A DNA stretch of 37,189 bases from Seison nebaliae (Eukaryota): the NCBI GenBank assembly GCA_023231475.1, contig JALJEE010000524.1, positions 1 to 37,189 on the forward strand, read 5' to 3'. A program made the translations under genes and the position numbers. The number at the start of each line of letters is the position of its first letter. Within the stretch, counting starts at the first letter, position 1. The notes under the pieces were generated by a model. The model made no database searches. It was not told where the DNA came from and saw only the letters and a program-made list of their open reading frames with translations. Below are positions 21,255 through 32,914 of this stretch, piece by piece.

Positions 21255-23426
21255 ATCTGATTCCATATCACCCTGATTCTGGAGATGGTGTATCATTCCA
21301 AGATAAGACGGTTCCAAACGAACCAAAGAAGTTTTATTCGAATTCCAATTGTGGTTATTATTTTTGTTGAATGATGTGTAGCAAATGTATTATTCGCCAT
21401 AATTTAGTATAAGAAGAAAATGTAGAAAAATCCAAATGGTATCTAATATTTTAACTATAAATATTGAAATAAATCATTACAATACATATTGTATTATCTA
21501 TCATCATCTGATCTTATCTAATCTTCTTTCCAAAATTATTCTAATTTCTTATGATAATTCATTGTTTATCTTGTTCCCATTTTGTTTGGTTGGAATCAAC
21601 CGAATAGTTTGTGAATATGACATGGTTGAAAATGTATATCTCATTTGTCTGATTATTCAATTTTAAATTTGTAACTTCGTCATAGAACGATGAAGACTAT
21701 TAATTAGTCTTTTTAGTAATTAGGAATTAAATCGAAAAAAAATTTTTCGATATTTTCCATCTAGATTCTAGATAATGCATTAACACTATAAAATAAGAGA
21801 AATAATGTTGTTGAGAGAAACTATTTGTAGAGTGCACTACAAATCAACGGGAAATTGTAGAAGTGTTTGGGAGAAAAGTATGAGAATGGTAGTGGGTGGG
21901 TGACGTGGATTTAGATAGATTTTATTTGCAATCCGATTTACGAATGATCTACCTATATTATCTTCCACCAATATAAGATGAGTTTGAAGTATTAGATGAA
22001 TGAAACATGTGACATTTATTCATATTCAATCAAGTTCATTCAAATTATTCAATCGACATTGGGTACGATGTTAATTTCGAAATATCTTTCATTTTTTTTC
22101 ATCAAATATGACATAAATTTTATGTTCATCAATTCTCCCTCATCTACTCATCACACGTTCTCTCTAGTACACAATCGCTTTCTTCTAAACATTCGACATT
22201 TCCTCCTCATCTAATCAATTTATTGTTCAACTACTAACGAAATCATTCTCCTCATTGTCAACTCGACAATTGTTATCATTAATTTTTAATTGTTTTCCAA
22301 GAAGAAATCGTTCAATTCACACAGTTCCCATTGCACGAAATTAGTAGATCTTTTCAATCTATTTTCCTCCTCATTTCTACTCCATTCTCACAACTACTTT
22401 ACCTAATCAGGTGAACTATTATTATTCCTTTATTTCTCCTCCAATTCGAAAAACGGACACCGATTAATTATTCTTATTTTATTCCATCAATTTCATCAAT
22501 ATTCCTTTTTATTTCTTCTCCAACAAATATAACTTTCGATGTAACGGACAATTCATTTTCATGACATTTCTCTTTTTTAAAAGAAATTCCCAAAATAATA
22601 AACCATCTTCCATACAATTTTTCTATCCTTTTTATTTCTCAATAATTTATCTCCTACCATCAATAGTAAATGATTCGAAGCACGTCAATAATATGAAGTT
22701 GAATATGAAAAAAATGTTCTATGTTTCTTTTGTCCTCTCATATTATATAGTTCTATTCTCCTGCATTTTCTCCCGTTTTATGGGAACATATGTTCATTCA
22801 TCATCATTTCTCTTTGTCTACCAAAATATTTTGTCCATTAATCATATTAATTTTTTATGGAATCAATTCAGGAAATTATTTTTGAAGAATATCGCTCTTT
22901 ATTGCCGAAGGAAAAGTGTCAGATAAATACGTTCGGAATATTCCTCACCACTTGTAAGTGGTGATTGTCATTCGAATCGTTAAATTACCAAAATTCTTTA
23001 TATTTTGCCCTCTAATTTTTTGAAGGAGAAAAATTGAGAAGAAAAATATTTTTCAAAAATTTAACGAATATATCAATAGGAAATAATTTATTATATTTGG
23101 ACATTAAACTTAATTATTGACGAGATAACAATTCTCTCAAATTATTCAGAACGTCCACTTTCTCAAATTTCCTTTTCTTTTTACGGTTTTTAAAAAAGGT
23201 AATTTTAATTTGAAATTTTTCTGTTTATTAATTTGAAGAAATTTCCTTTACTTTACAGACGCACAGATATTACAGATGAAATAATCGTTATACCATATTC
23301 CCATGCGAACGAGAGATGACGTGGAGGTGTTTGTAAAAAAAATGTTCATCACAAAATTCATATAATTATTTTTAAGAATTTTTTCTAGATGAATAAAAAG
23401 AAATGTGGATGAATTGTTTCTTCAAA

Positions 23427-23827
23427 ATGAAAAATTAAAGGAGAAATTGTTGAAGTTGGGAGCTACTTCTCGAATGTTAAGTCGTGTATTAATGAGATGA
23501 ATCCTTTTCTATAATATGAAAAGTTTTTCATTTCCTTCCAAAATAATCGGAGGAAGATAATCTTCATATTCCTCTTCTACTTATTGTGAGAAAGATGAGT
23601 AGTGCAATGAAACAGGCTCGGTCTTTAATTCAAAATTTCGAATTTGTACTTCAAATATTCTCCGTTCCGTCATTCACCGTTCCATCAATTCTATTATTTC
23701 GAGCAATTCCCTGAAAGTATTATCTATAATATATAGTCTATATTTATTTTTAATTTACCTCATGAAATTTGTTATAAAAAGATCTTTAGACTTCCATAAA
23801 TCTTTCAAATTACGTATTAAATTATTT
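23427..23827 (-). pseudogene. Possible spliced gene remnant
   Basis: A 48-nt GT-AG intron (23758-23711) joins LIRNLKDLWKSKDLFITNFMR to ELLEIIELMER in frame. The same frame continues for about 95 protein-like codons with three internal stops. No homology recognised. Confidence 0.25.
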
Positions 23828-24846
23828 CTTAATAGAAAAATTAAATAGTATTATAAAAATATTTTGTTGAAATTTTTCATTTTCTATTCAATTTCTTCAA
23901 AAAATACTATTTTCAATTTTCCTTCCTTTTTTACCGAAATTTTTGATGAAATGAAATAAAAACTAAATTTTATTTTCAAATTTTTTATTTACTTTCATTT
24001 TTCATTATCTATACGCGTGGCTTAATTTAGTTTAATTTGCTTTCCTTTCAAAATGGGATCAAATGAGCATTTCTCAAAATTTTTTAAAGTTATTATAAAA
24101 ATATAATTTTGGAGAAGTTCAAAATTACTAATATCGATGATTTCTAATTGTTGATTGATTGCTTATGGAAGTTTATTGCATTTGATCGACTAGAAATCCA
24201 TTTGACATTGTTTAATAATATCGGAAACGATTATCGTCAATATCTTTCCAACCAAATCGATTATGATGTAGAAAAGTATAAAATTGGAGGAGATGGAGTG
24301 ATTGATGTGGAGCGAAGAATTAGGAGTTCAAGTATTCTCCTATTGTTGAGATAATTGAATTGATGAGAATTGAGCGTTTTGTGAATTGTCCTATTTTTTC
24401 AAATTGCCTTCTCAGATAATTGGAGAGGAAATGATAATTAATTAGAACTAATTAATTCACCATTTATGATAAGTGGAAGATGATGATTATATGATGGTGA
24501 TGTAAATGAGATTATTAGATGGAAGAGCAATTCTCTTATTTTTTTTTCCTGTTTTCTTCACAAATTAGTGTAACTGATAAATTATCGGAGGATGTGATTG
24601 CTAATGTAAAGGATGTAATGGAATCTTGTGTAATATTTATAAAGACATTGGATTGTCTTAAAGAGATATAATAATAATAGTTTTCCTCCCGAATAATAAT
24701 TTAGTATATAGATCATGTCCTCTCACATGAAGAATGGACCGATAACTATTTACTATTGTTATGTACATCGTATGATGGACGATCATTTATGATTATTGTG
24801 CACAATTCGAAGAATGATTCAAGTCTAAATTACAAATATAAATGTC

Positions 24847-25263
24847 TGTGTGAATGTGTGTGAATGTGTGTGTGTGTGTGCGTCCGTGTGTGCTGAATTG
24901 AATGAGAATTCTTTTCATTCCATCGTTCAAATTATTTAATCATCCTCTTCAGAAATCTTTCCCAGACAAATTAATTTTTTTTATATAACGTTCTCTTCCT
25001 AATATTTGCCATATCCGAATGGAAATGTTGAGAATTTCATCTAGAGAAAGTTGGGAGACATTGATCTGATATCGTCGATCAATAAATAAATCTTTCTCTC
25101 CTCACTTTTCTTCAGTTGTCGAGAATCTGGGGATACTATTCCGGCTCTTGCACATCTCCATTTAGCCAATCTACTTCGCCCTTCCATTATTAACATACAA
25201 ATCATCAATGAACCATCTGTGTGTTTGTGTGCGTGTGTGTGTGTGTGTGTTTGTGTTTGTGTG
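24847..25263. repeat. Two imperfect (GT)n microsatellites (24847-24891, 25218-25263)
   Basis: Directly visible. Confidence 0.9.
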
Positions 25264-25910
25264 CATTCGCCATCTGAATCAACTGTTCCTGATGGTGTTC
25301 GGAAGCGACGAAGAAGAACAATTAAAAAAGAATGTTTTCATTGTAATATTTCTCCTACAAAGAATTTGTTGGCTCGATTACGTATGTGTGTGTACATGTG
25401 TATGACGTAAGGGAAAACAGGAGAAAATTTTGTAAGAAATCAATCTAAAAGAAATTTAATTCAATTTTTCTTCCGACAAATTAACCTCCTTCCAGACAGT
25501 AACATTCAATCAGTTTAATTTGGGTTTCCCGATTAAAACTTACATTATTATCTTCATCTTATTAATTTGTGTTGGATGTGGTGAATCGTGGTGGTGTTCT
25601 AACCAACTGAATCTTTCAGATTGTCAACGACCACATGTGTCATTACGTTGTGATTAGATTATGATGAAAATTGAATGGGTTCTATTTTTTCTTCTTTTTT
25701 TCCCAGTTTCTTCTAATTTTCTGTTTGTTCAACTTCTTTTTCTGACCCTCCACCTCCCTCCTCCTTTTCTCTTCATTATTACTTTACTATTCTCAAATTC
25801 GTTTTCTTCTTCCTCCCATCATCATCATTATCATTATCATTATCATCATAATCATAATACTAACGAATTAAAGCATTTGGAAATTCTTTTGGAATCTCCG
25901 TCCTTCTCAC

Positions 25911-25913
<3 letters not shown>

Positions 25914-25970
<57 letters not shown>
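25914..25970. repeat. (CT)n microsatellite
   Basis: Directly visible. Confidence 0.95.
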
Positions 25971-26762
25971 ACAAACATTCTTTCATTCTCTGATGTGATG
26001 GAACGTAAGATGGATTAATTTCTTTTTAACATTAACCTAATTTTTTTTAGAAATTTATTCATATTTCTAAAAAATATGTTAGTCAACTTTCTTATCTGCT
26101 TGAAATACTTTTAAAATAATCTTCTGTTCTATTCAGTTCTTCCGAAAATTCGATATTTCTTCAAATTAGTTTATGTAATTTTATTTTGTAAAAAATGACA
26201 ATTTTTTTTTGCTTTTAGTTATTACATCTTTTCTCCCATTCTTTTTTCAATACTCACACACAAATGATATGATTGATTTGTTTAACTTTGATTTTCTCAT
26301 AAAATCGAATATTCGACTCTCATGTCGAATCTCGAAAAGTTGATGATTTTAATTTAATTTTATTAAGTTCTCATTTCTGAACATTGAAAAAGACAATTAG
26401 AATTGATTCATCAAACTTTTTTTCGTTTAATGCTTCGTTTTTATACAATAGACACGAAGGACGGATAAAATGACTGACGTCAATACAAATGAAGTAAATA
26501 TTCGTCAACAATCCATGAATCGTAATGAGAACAGTTAATGTTTCTTTTATAACGAAATGAAACGAATGAGAATTTGATTGATTATTTTCTTCTGAAAATT
26601 TATTCAAAAATCTTCAATTCGATCGGAAATTCCAATCAACTTTTCATTTTCATTTCAACTCAAATTACCTTTCTATTTTATAAATGATATGTAAACAATT
26701 GAAATTTTCATTCTAATCAAATCATTCTTTTTTCTTCTTCTATTTCTCCTCAATAATCATAG

Positions 26763-26819
26763 TGAGACGGAACAGCACAGCACTATCTATTGATCGCACT
26801 CAAATTGATCAACAACAAG

Positions 26820-26862
<43 letters not shown>

Positions 26863-29800
26863 TAAAAGACAACCATCGTCCACATTAATGTGTACTGAAC
26901 ATCGTGGTTGTCTGTATAAGTGGACGAATTATGTTCGTGGTTATCAAAAACGGTGGTTCGTCTTAAGTAATGGTTGTCTCTCATATTACAGGTTATTATT
27001 TCGAATTTATATTCTGTGTTGCTATGATGATTTATTAGCGTAAATGCATGATGAGAAACGTAGAGGAAATCTATTGTTCATTTGATGCACTTCCTCTTCT
27101 CTTCTTCTCGGTTTGTGAGAGGTGGAGAGGAAAGGTAACTTGAATTTGTGTCGATTGAAAACTTTTGAAAAATCTTAATATCTTTTTTTTTCTTTCTTTC
27201 TTTCTATCTATCTATCTCTCAATATTCGGCCAATGAACATTCGTCATTCTCGTAAAATTGCATCGGTGTTTTTTTTTGAAAAAGTTTTTTTGGTAAAAAA
27301 AAAAGATATAAGAAACGGTAAGGATTTTCTTCTTTTATCAAACTCTTTTTCTTCTCCCTCATCATCCCATTTAGATGGTGAAATTTAATTATCGATTTAA
27401 TTTTCTTCGCACCATTCCTCGCCAAAAAACTTGATTGAGAAAAACAATTCTTTCCTTCCTCCCATTTCCTCCAATTAAATTTGAAATTTACTAATTCTCA
27501 CTCATCTCCCAACTGCTGATGGAGAGATAATCATCAAACAAGAAATCTGTAGTCGACATAAATTTTGACCGTTATGGACAGTAGATAATTTGAGAAAAAC
27601 TTCTCTAAAAATTTTCTGGATGTTATTATACATAGATTTACTCCCAACATAGTACACGACTGTTTTCCCAATAATATCTTTTCTTTTCCATATCTACAAT
27701 CTGTCCAGGACAATGATTATCGTTCCATAACGATGGAAGTATTGGAATTTTTAGAATATTTTAATGCAAATATTTCATTCATACAAATAATCTCATACAA
27801 ATTTATTTTTTTCACATTTGATCAGGTCACAAGCAGAAATGGCTTATACGTGTCGTGGTACAATAAATTTGGCAGACTCGCGAATTACATGTGAAGATCA
27901 TTGTGTCATTCAGATTGCAAATGGAATGCAAACATTCTTCTTGAAAGCTCCAACAGCAGAGGAGAAGGATGAGTGGATGAAAGCATTACATCGTGCACAA
28001 CGTGAAGTCGTTCTACAGAGAGAACAAGATTCCGATAGTGATAATGCCATGGAAGATGAAACTTCCGTTCCTGATGTTGAAACGACGAGAATTGTTGAAA
28101 ATTTGAATGGAAAGATGGAAGATCTTTCCGTCTGTTTCCAATTGTTAACACGTCATGGTGATGATTTATATCATCAATTAACATCAGTCCAAGACAATTT
28201 GAATTGTTCAGTGAATACGACTCAAAAACAATCGGGAAATAATGTTCAATCTCCATCTCCTTACGATGATGTTGATAATAAAGTTCAACTTTATCTTTCT
28301 TTCATTTATTCCAATTTAATTCAATTTAATTCAATTTAGAATTGTACGAATGAACTTACTCTCAATCAACTCTCAACCACAATACTCTCCACTTCCAGTA
28401 TTGGTGGTAATGCCTCTCCACGAATTTCTCGTACAAATAGTAATTTATCAAAGAGGAGTAATATCAATGAGAATATTCTACGTCAATCGATGATGAATAC
28501 GAATAAACAAATAACATTATTCCGAATTACAACCAATGCAATGTTAAATACTTGTAATGAATATATGAATGTGGCGAAGGATAGTAGTAAGCGATTGCAA
28601 CGACAATTGGCTTACGAACGCGAACAACGAAGACATCTACAAGGAGTGGTGGAACAAATGGCGAACGAAATGCAAGATATGCAAGATACATGTATTGACC
28701 GTTAGTCCTCCAATTTTCTTCCTTCCAATTATTTTCCAATTATCCAACTTCCTCAACGAGGACAATTTCCCAATTCTTCATCTATCAATGAGATAACGAC
28801 GAAAATGATGATAGAGATGAAGTTCGAAGTAATCTACAAATAGAGTCTGACCATTATGTCAGACTAGAGAGAAATAAAGTAAAGAGAAAAATGTGTGAGA
28901 GAAAAATTCACAGTAAAATTTGAATATTTCATTCATTCAATTTTATTTTTTTTTTGCTCGTTCACGAAATCAAATTTCAATTTATCTTCTCGATCATTTT
29001 TGAGAGAGAGAGAGAGAGAGAGAAGAGCAGAGAAATAATTAAGAAGTGATTGATGGAAACGAGAGGAAAGTCAACAAAAATCGTTCATTGTCAATGCTCT
29101 CCACATTAGGGTAGGAGAGATGGATAATATGGAATCAGTCCAAATGTTATTCTTTTGGGTCCATATGTGTCTCCACTTCGTCTAATTGACGGGGGGAGGA
29201 AGGGAAGAACGATGGTCAATTAAAGAAATTTCCACATTCCTCTTACCCCAATCATTATTAAGAGTCTAATCGATTAAATGAGTCATGATTTCATTATGAT
29301 AAATAATTCTCTAATAATTATCTCTAATAGTCAATCGATGATTCGTGACGTCGATTAATTCGAATGAGATTTTTGTAGGAGATTTCCCCTTTCCATTTCC
29401 TCTAAAATTCACATCAGATCCATTCTTGTCTGATTATTTAATAGCCAGATGAAATTGTTAAGAAATCTCATCTAAATTTATCTATTAGAAAATATATTGA
29501 AATGATTTATTAGAAAGTTTTATGAGAATTTCCCATTTGTGAGAATGGAAGGAAATCTTGTCTCAATGTGAGTTGTCCGATTAATTTGATTTGAATAAAA
29601 TTTTATTTACTTTCCTTTAACAATTTTCTCATCTTTCAACTTTACGTAATTTTATTATTCGGAAAATATCAAGTATTAATAATTCTCCTAGAAGACATTA
29701 GGACATTAGGACTTGGAATTGTATGTTGAGGATAGAAGTATCAGGATAGAAATGGGAAGAGAATGGGAAGTCCTCATAAAAATAATATTATTCCGATTCT

Positions 29801-32225
29801 CTTTTGAGAAAATAGAAAGTGAAGAGAAATATGTGAAATTATGAATGGAATGATTTCAATGAAATAATGTTGAAAATGAATGAAATGAAACTTCCTCTCA
29901 CAATATTTGTGAGATATGGGAAGAGAGAATGATGGAAAATTATATGAATTAATTGACAAGTTGAGATATTGAAGTGAGAATGAATAAGGTCATTTCTTAA
30001 AATTGAATTGCTTTCTTGACATCCATCCATTTATTTCATCCGATGAAATTGAGGGAGAGATATCTGAGAAAAAAAGAAAAGAAAGAACTTGAAGAGGAAA
30101 GTAGACGGTTGAATAGTGAGAGATGTCATTCCAAATGATGTTCGATTGAATATGTTCCAATAATTTATTCTTTTTCTCTCAATATTCTTTCTTTTCCTTT
30201 TTTTTTTTTGTTTTGTTTGTTTGTTTATTGATAAGTAAATGACTTTTAACACAACAAATTTTCAAGGTGACAAATTATCTCTTCTTCTTTCCTCATTTCT
30301 AACTTCTTTTCTAACAACAACAACAACGCCAACATGTGAACGACACGAAACGACATTTGGTGTGATGAATTCAACTTTTTTTTTATTTTTCAGAAATATC
30401 TAAACGCAAAATCCCGGAAAGGCAAACGGGACGCAAATCGGACGTGAAAAGTGAAGAAAGTTCAATGAAATTTGCATCGGCCAATGATGCAGATTCAGAA
30501 TCGGATGGAGAATCATTTTATGATGCCATTGAACAGAATTTCTCAATTCCTGAATCATTAAAGTCAATCATTTCTCTATTCATCAATAATTCTCATTGTT
30601 CATTCTCAGGAAAGAAAATGAGAAAGAGAATCTTTCATCCTCTGATCAAAAACCATTAAATATTGAGACTGATAATAATAATGTGGAGAATGTGTCGGGC
30701 AACCACGAAATGGAAAATAAAACACAGGGACAAGTTGTCTATGATTCGGAGATGACTGATGGAACTGTAGCTGAAAGAGAAAAAAATAAGAATTTCGAAA
30801 GACGTCAAACAATTCCACCCAAACCAGATTATCCATTGAATTTATGGAATATTTTAAGAAATTGCATAGGACGTGATCTAACACGAATACCAATACCTGT
30901 TATTAAAAAATTTATATTAAAAAATTTTTATTCAAAAATTTATTTTAAAAAATTTATATTAAAAAATTTTTAATTAATTTTTTTTTATCAGGTAAATTTT
31001 AGTGAACCATTATCGATGTTACAACGATTAACGGAAGAATTGGAATATAGTGCTCTCTTAGACAAAGCATCGACAATGACTGATAGTCGAGAACAAATGG
31101 CTTATGTTGCCGCATTCACCATCTCCGCTTATTCGACTACTCAACATCGTGTGGCGAAGCCATTTAATCCGATCGAAGGTAAATTTTTATATTTAAATTT
31201 TAATTTTATTGGATATTTGATCAGGTGAAACATATGAATATAATCGGGCCGGTGATTTAGGATGGCGTCTGTTAAGCGAACAAGTCAGTCATCATCCACC
31301 AGCATTGTCAACTCATGTTGAAGGTAAGGATTGGGTGTTATATCAGGAATTCTCCATGTCCAGTACTTTTCGTGGAAGATATTTTCAGATAATTCCTTTA
31401 GGTATTGCACATCTGGAATTTAAAAATAGTGGGAATCATTATACGTGGAGGAAAGTTTCAAGTTACGTGCACAATATTGTGCTGGGTAGATTATGGTTGG
31501 ATAATTGTGGTGAGATGGATATCAAAAATCATAAGAATGATGATAATTGTCATTTGAGATTCTATCAATATGGTTTCTTCTCACGCGATCCCATCGGAAA
31601 AGTTAATTCTTCATATTATTCTTTTTATTCATATTAATTATTATGAATTAATCGAATTAGGTAAGTGGATTTATTACAGATGCTGAAGAGAAAGTTCATT
31701 GGGTATTGAATGGAAATTGGACGGAGAAGATGGAAGGTGCAAAAGTTAAAGTTCCAGAAATGATGATTAATCGATCGAGAGTTCAAAGTTCTCCTCCAAT
31801 AACGTTATGGGAAAGAATTCATCGGAATTATCCGAACGCGTTTCTAATTATTTTTGTAAAGGAGAAATTTTATTTTTTTTCATTCATATCTTTTCAGAGA
31901 AGTAGCAAGTAAATATTATCAATTTACACGATTTGCTATGCAACTAAATCAGGAGGAGGAGAATGTTGCACCTACTGATTCTCGACTACGACCAGATCAA
32001 CGTCTAATGGAACAAGGCGATTGGGATGCGGCGAATCGAGAGAAACATCGTTTGGAAGAAAAACAACGAGATGCGAGACGGAAACGTGGGAATAATATCC
32101 ATGAACCGACATGGTTCACTAAACAGAAAGATGTGTACACAGACAAGGATATCTTCATCTACAATCAACAGTACTGGAAATGTAAAGAAACGAATAATTG
32201 GTCTCGATGTCCCGACATATTCTGA
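26763..32225 (+). CDS. OSBP: Oxysterol-binding protein (OSBP/ORP4 type): poly-Q, PH domain, coiled coil, FFAT, ORD; at least 9 exons, first exon unresolved
   Basis: Exons 26763-26991, 27826-28282, 28340-28700, 30394-30562, 30610-30898, 30992-31178, 31225-31601, 31661-31839, 31898-32225 join in frame. PH motif [42 protein letters not shown]-like [39 protein letters not shown] signature [30 protein letters not shown]-terminal CPDIF. Confidence 0.95.
26809..26860 (+). repeat. (CAA)n encoding poly-Gln in the OSBP N-terminus
   Basis: Directly visible, in frame with the PH domain. Confidence 0.9.
29002..29022. repeat. (GA)n microsatellite in an OSBP intron
   Basis: Directly visible. Confidence 0.9.
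30901..30972. repeat. About 14-bp AT-rich tandem repeat expanding an OSBP intron
   Basis: tattaaaaaattt(a/t) about 5 copies within intron 30899-30991. Confidence 0.85.
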
Positions 32226-32562
32226 AGTGATTGAATATCGATGATTCGTCCGGTGAAAGATCGATCATTTCCTATTTGTAAACAAAAAGAATGTTCAGTC
32301 ATTTCACTAAATAAAAACATGTCGTATTCTTATACGATATCTCTTTCTCATCCCACACACACACGCACACATGTCTCTCTCCCTTCATTCAACATTGCCA
32401 CACCAACTTTCATGTAGATTATCAACAGATGTGTTTCATCCAATTATAGAAAGTTGAATGTTACTGTCAAATGAATTTTAATAATCATCTTCTCTCCAAA
32501 CTTTCACGACAAATTCGAATTTGTGATAAATATATTTCTCCTGATTATCTATTAACACACTA

Positions 32563-32584
32563 ACACACACACACACACACACAC
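32563..32584. repeat. (AC)n microsatellite
   Basis: Directly visible. Confidence 0.9.
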
Positions 32585-32914
32585 TTCTAAATCTTTATCG
32601 AATAATATTATAAAAATTATAGAATAAAACCGAATAATTTCTCAATTTTCCCCCAAATCTTCTTTCGTTAAAAATTTTAATAAAGTTTAAAAATCCCGAA
32701 AAACTTTCCCAAATTCAAATAAAATCCTAATAGATCCTAAACATGAAATATCGTATGAATGAAATAGAGATGAAACGAAGAACATTGGTTAGTCAGTTTC
32801 GTCAGTTTCGAATGATAATTTTTATTCTTTACAAATAAAAACGAAAAAAAAATAATGAAAATTTTTCGGATAATAATAATTTGCTATCCGATTATCCGAT
32901 TGCCATTTCACAAT

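Noticed and set aside
22935..22964. GGAATATTCC palindrome next to a 9-bp inverted repeat (TCACCACTT-GT-AAGTGGTGA)
   Set aside because: Short and single copy; plausible by chance in 37 kb.
25208..25993. CV-, SL- and H-repeat ORFs
   Set aside because: Products of (GT)n, (CT)n and (CAT)n microsatellites.
27569..27732. Patchy inverted matches in an OSBP intron (cgttatgga/tccataacg)
   Set aside because: Short, gapped arms; insufficient to call an element.
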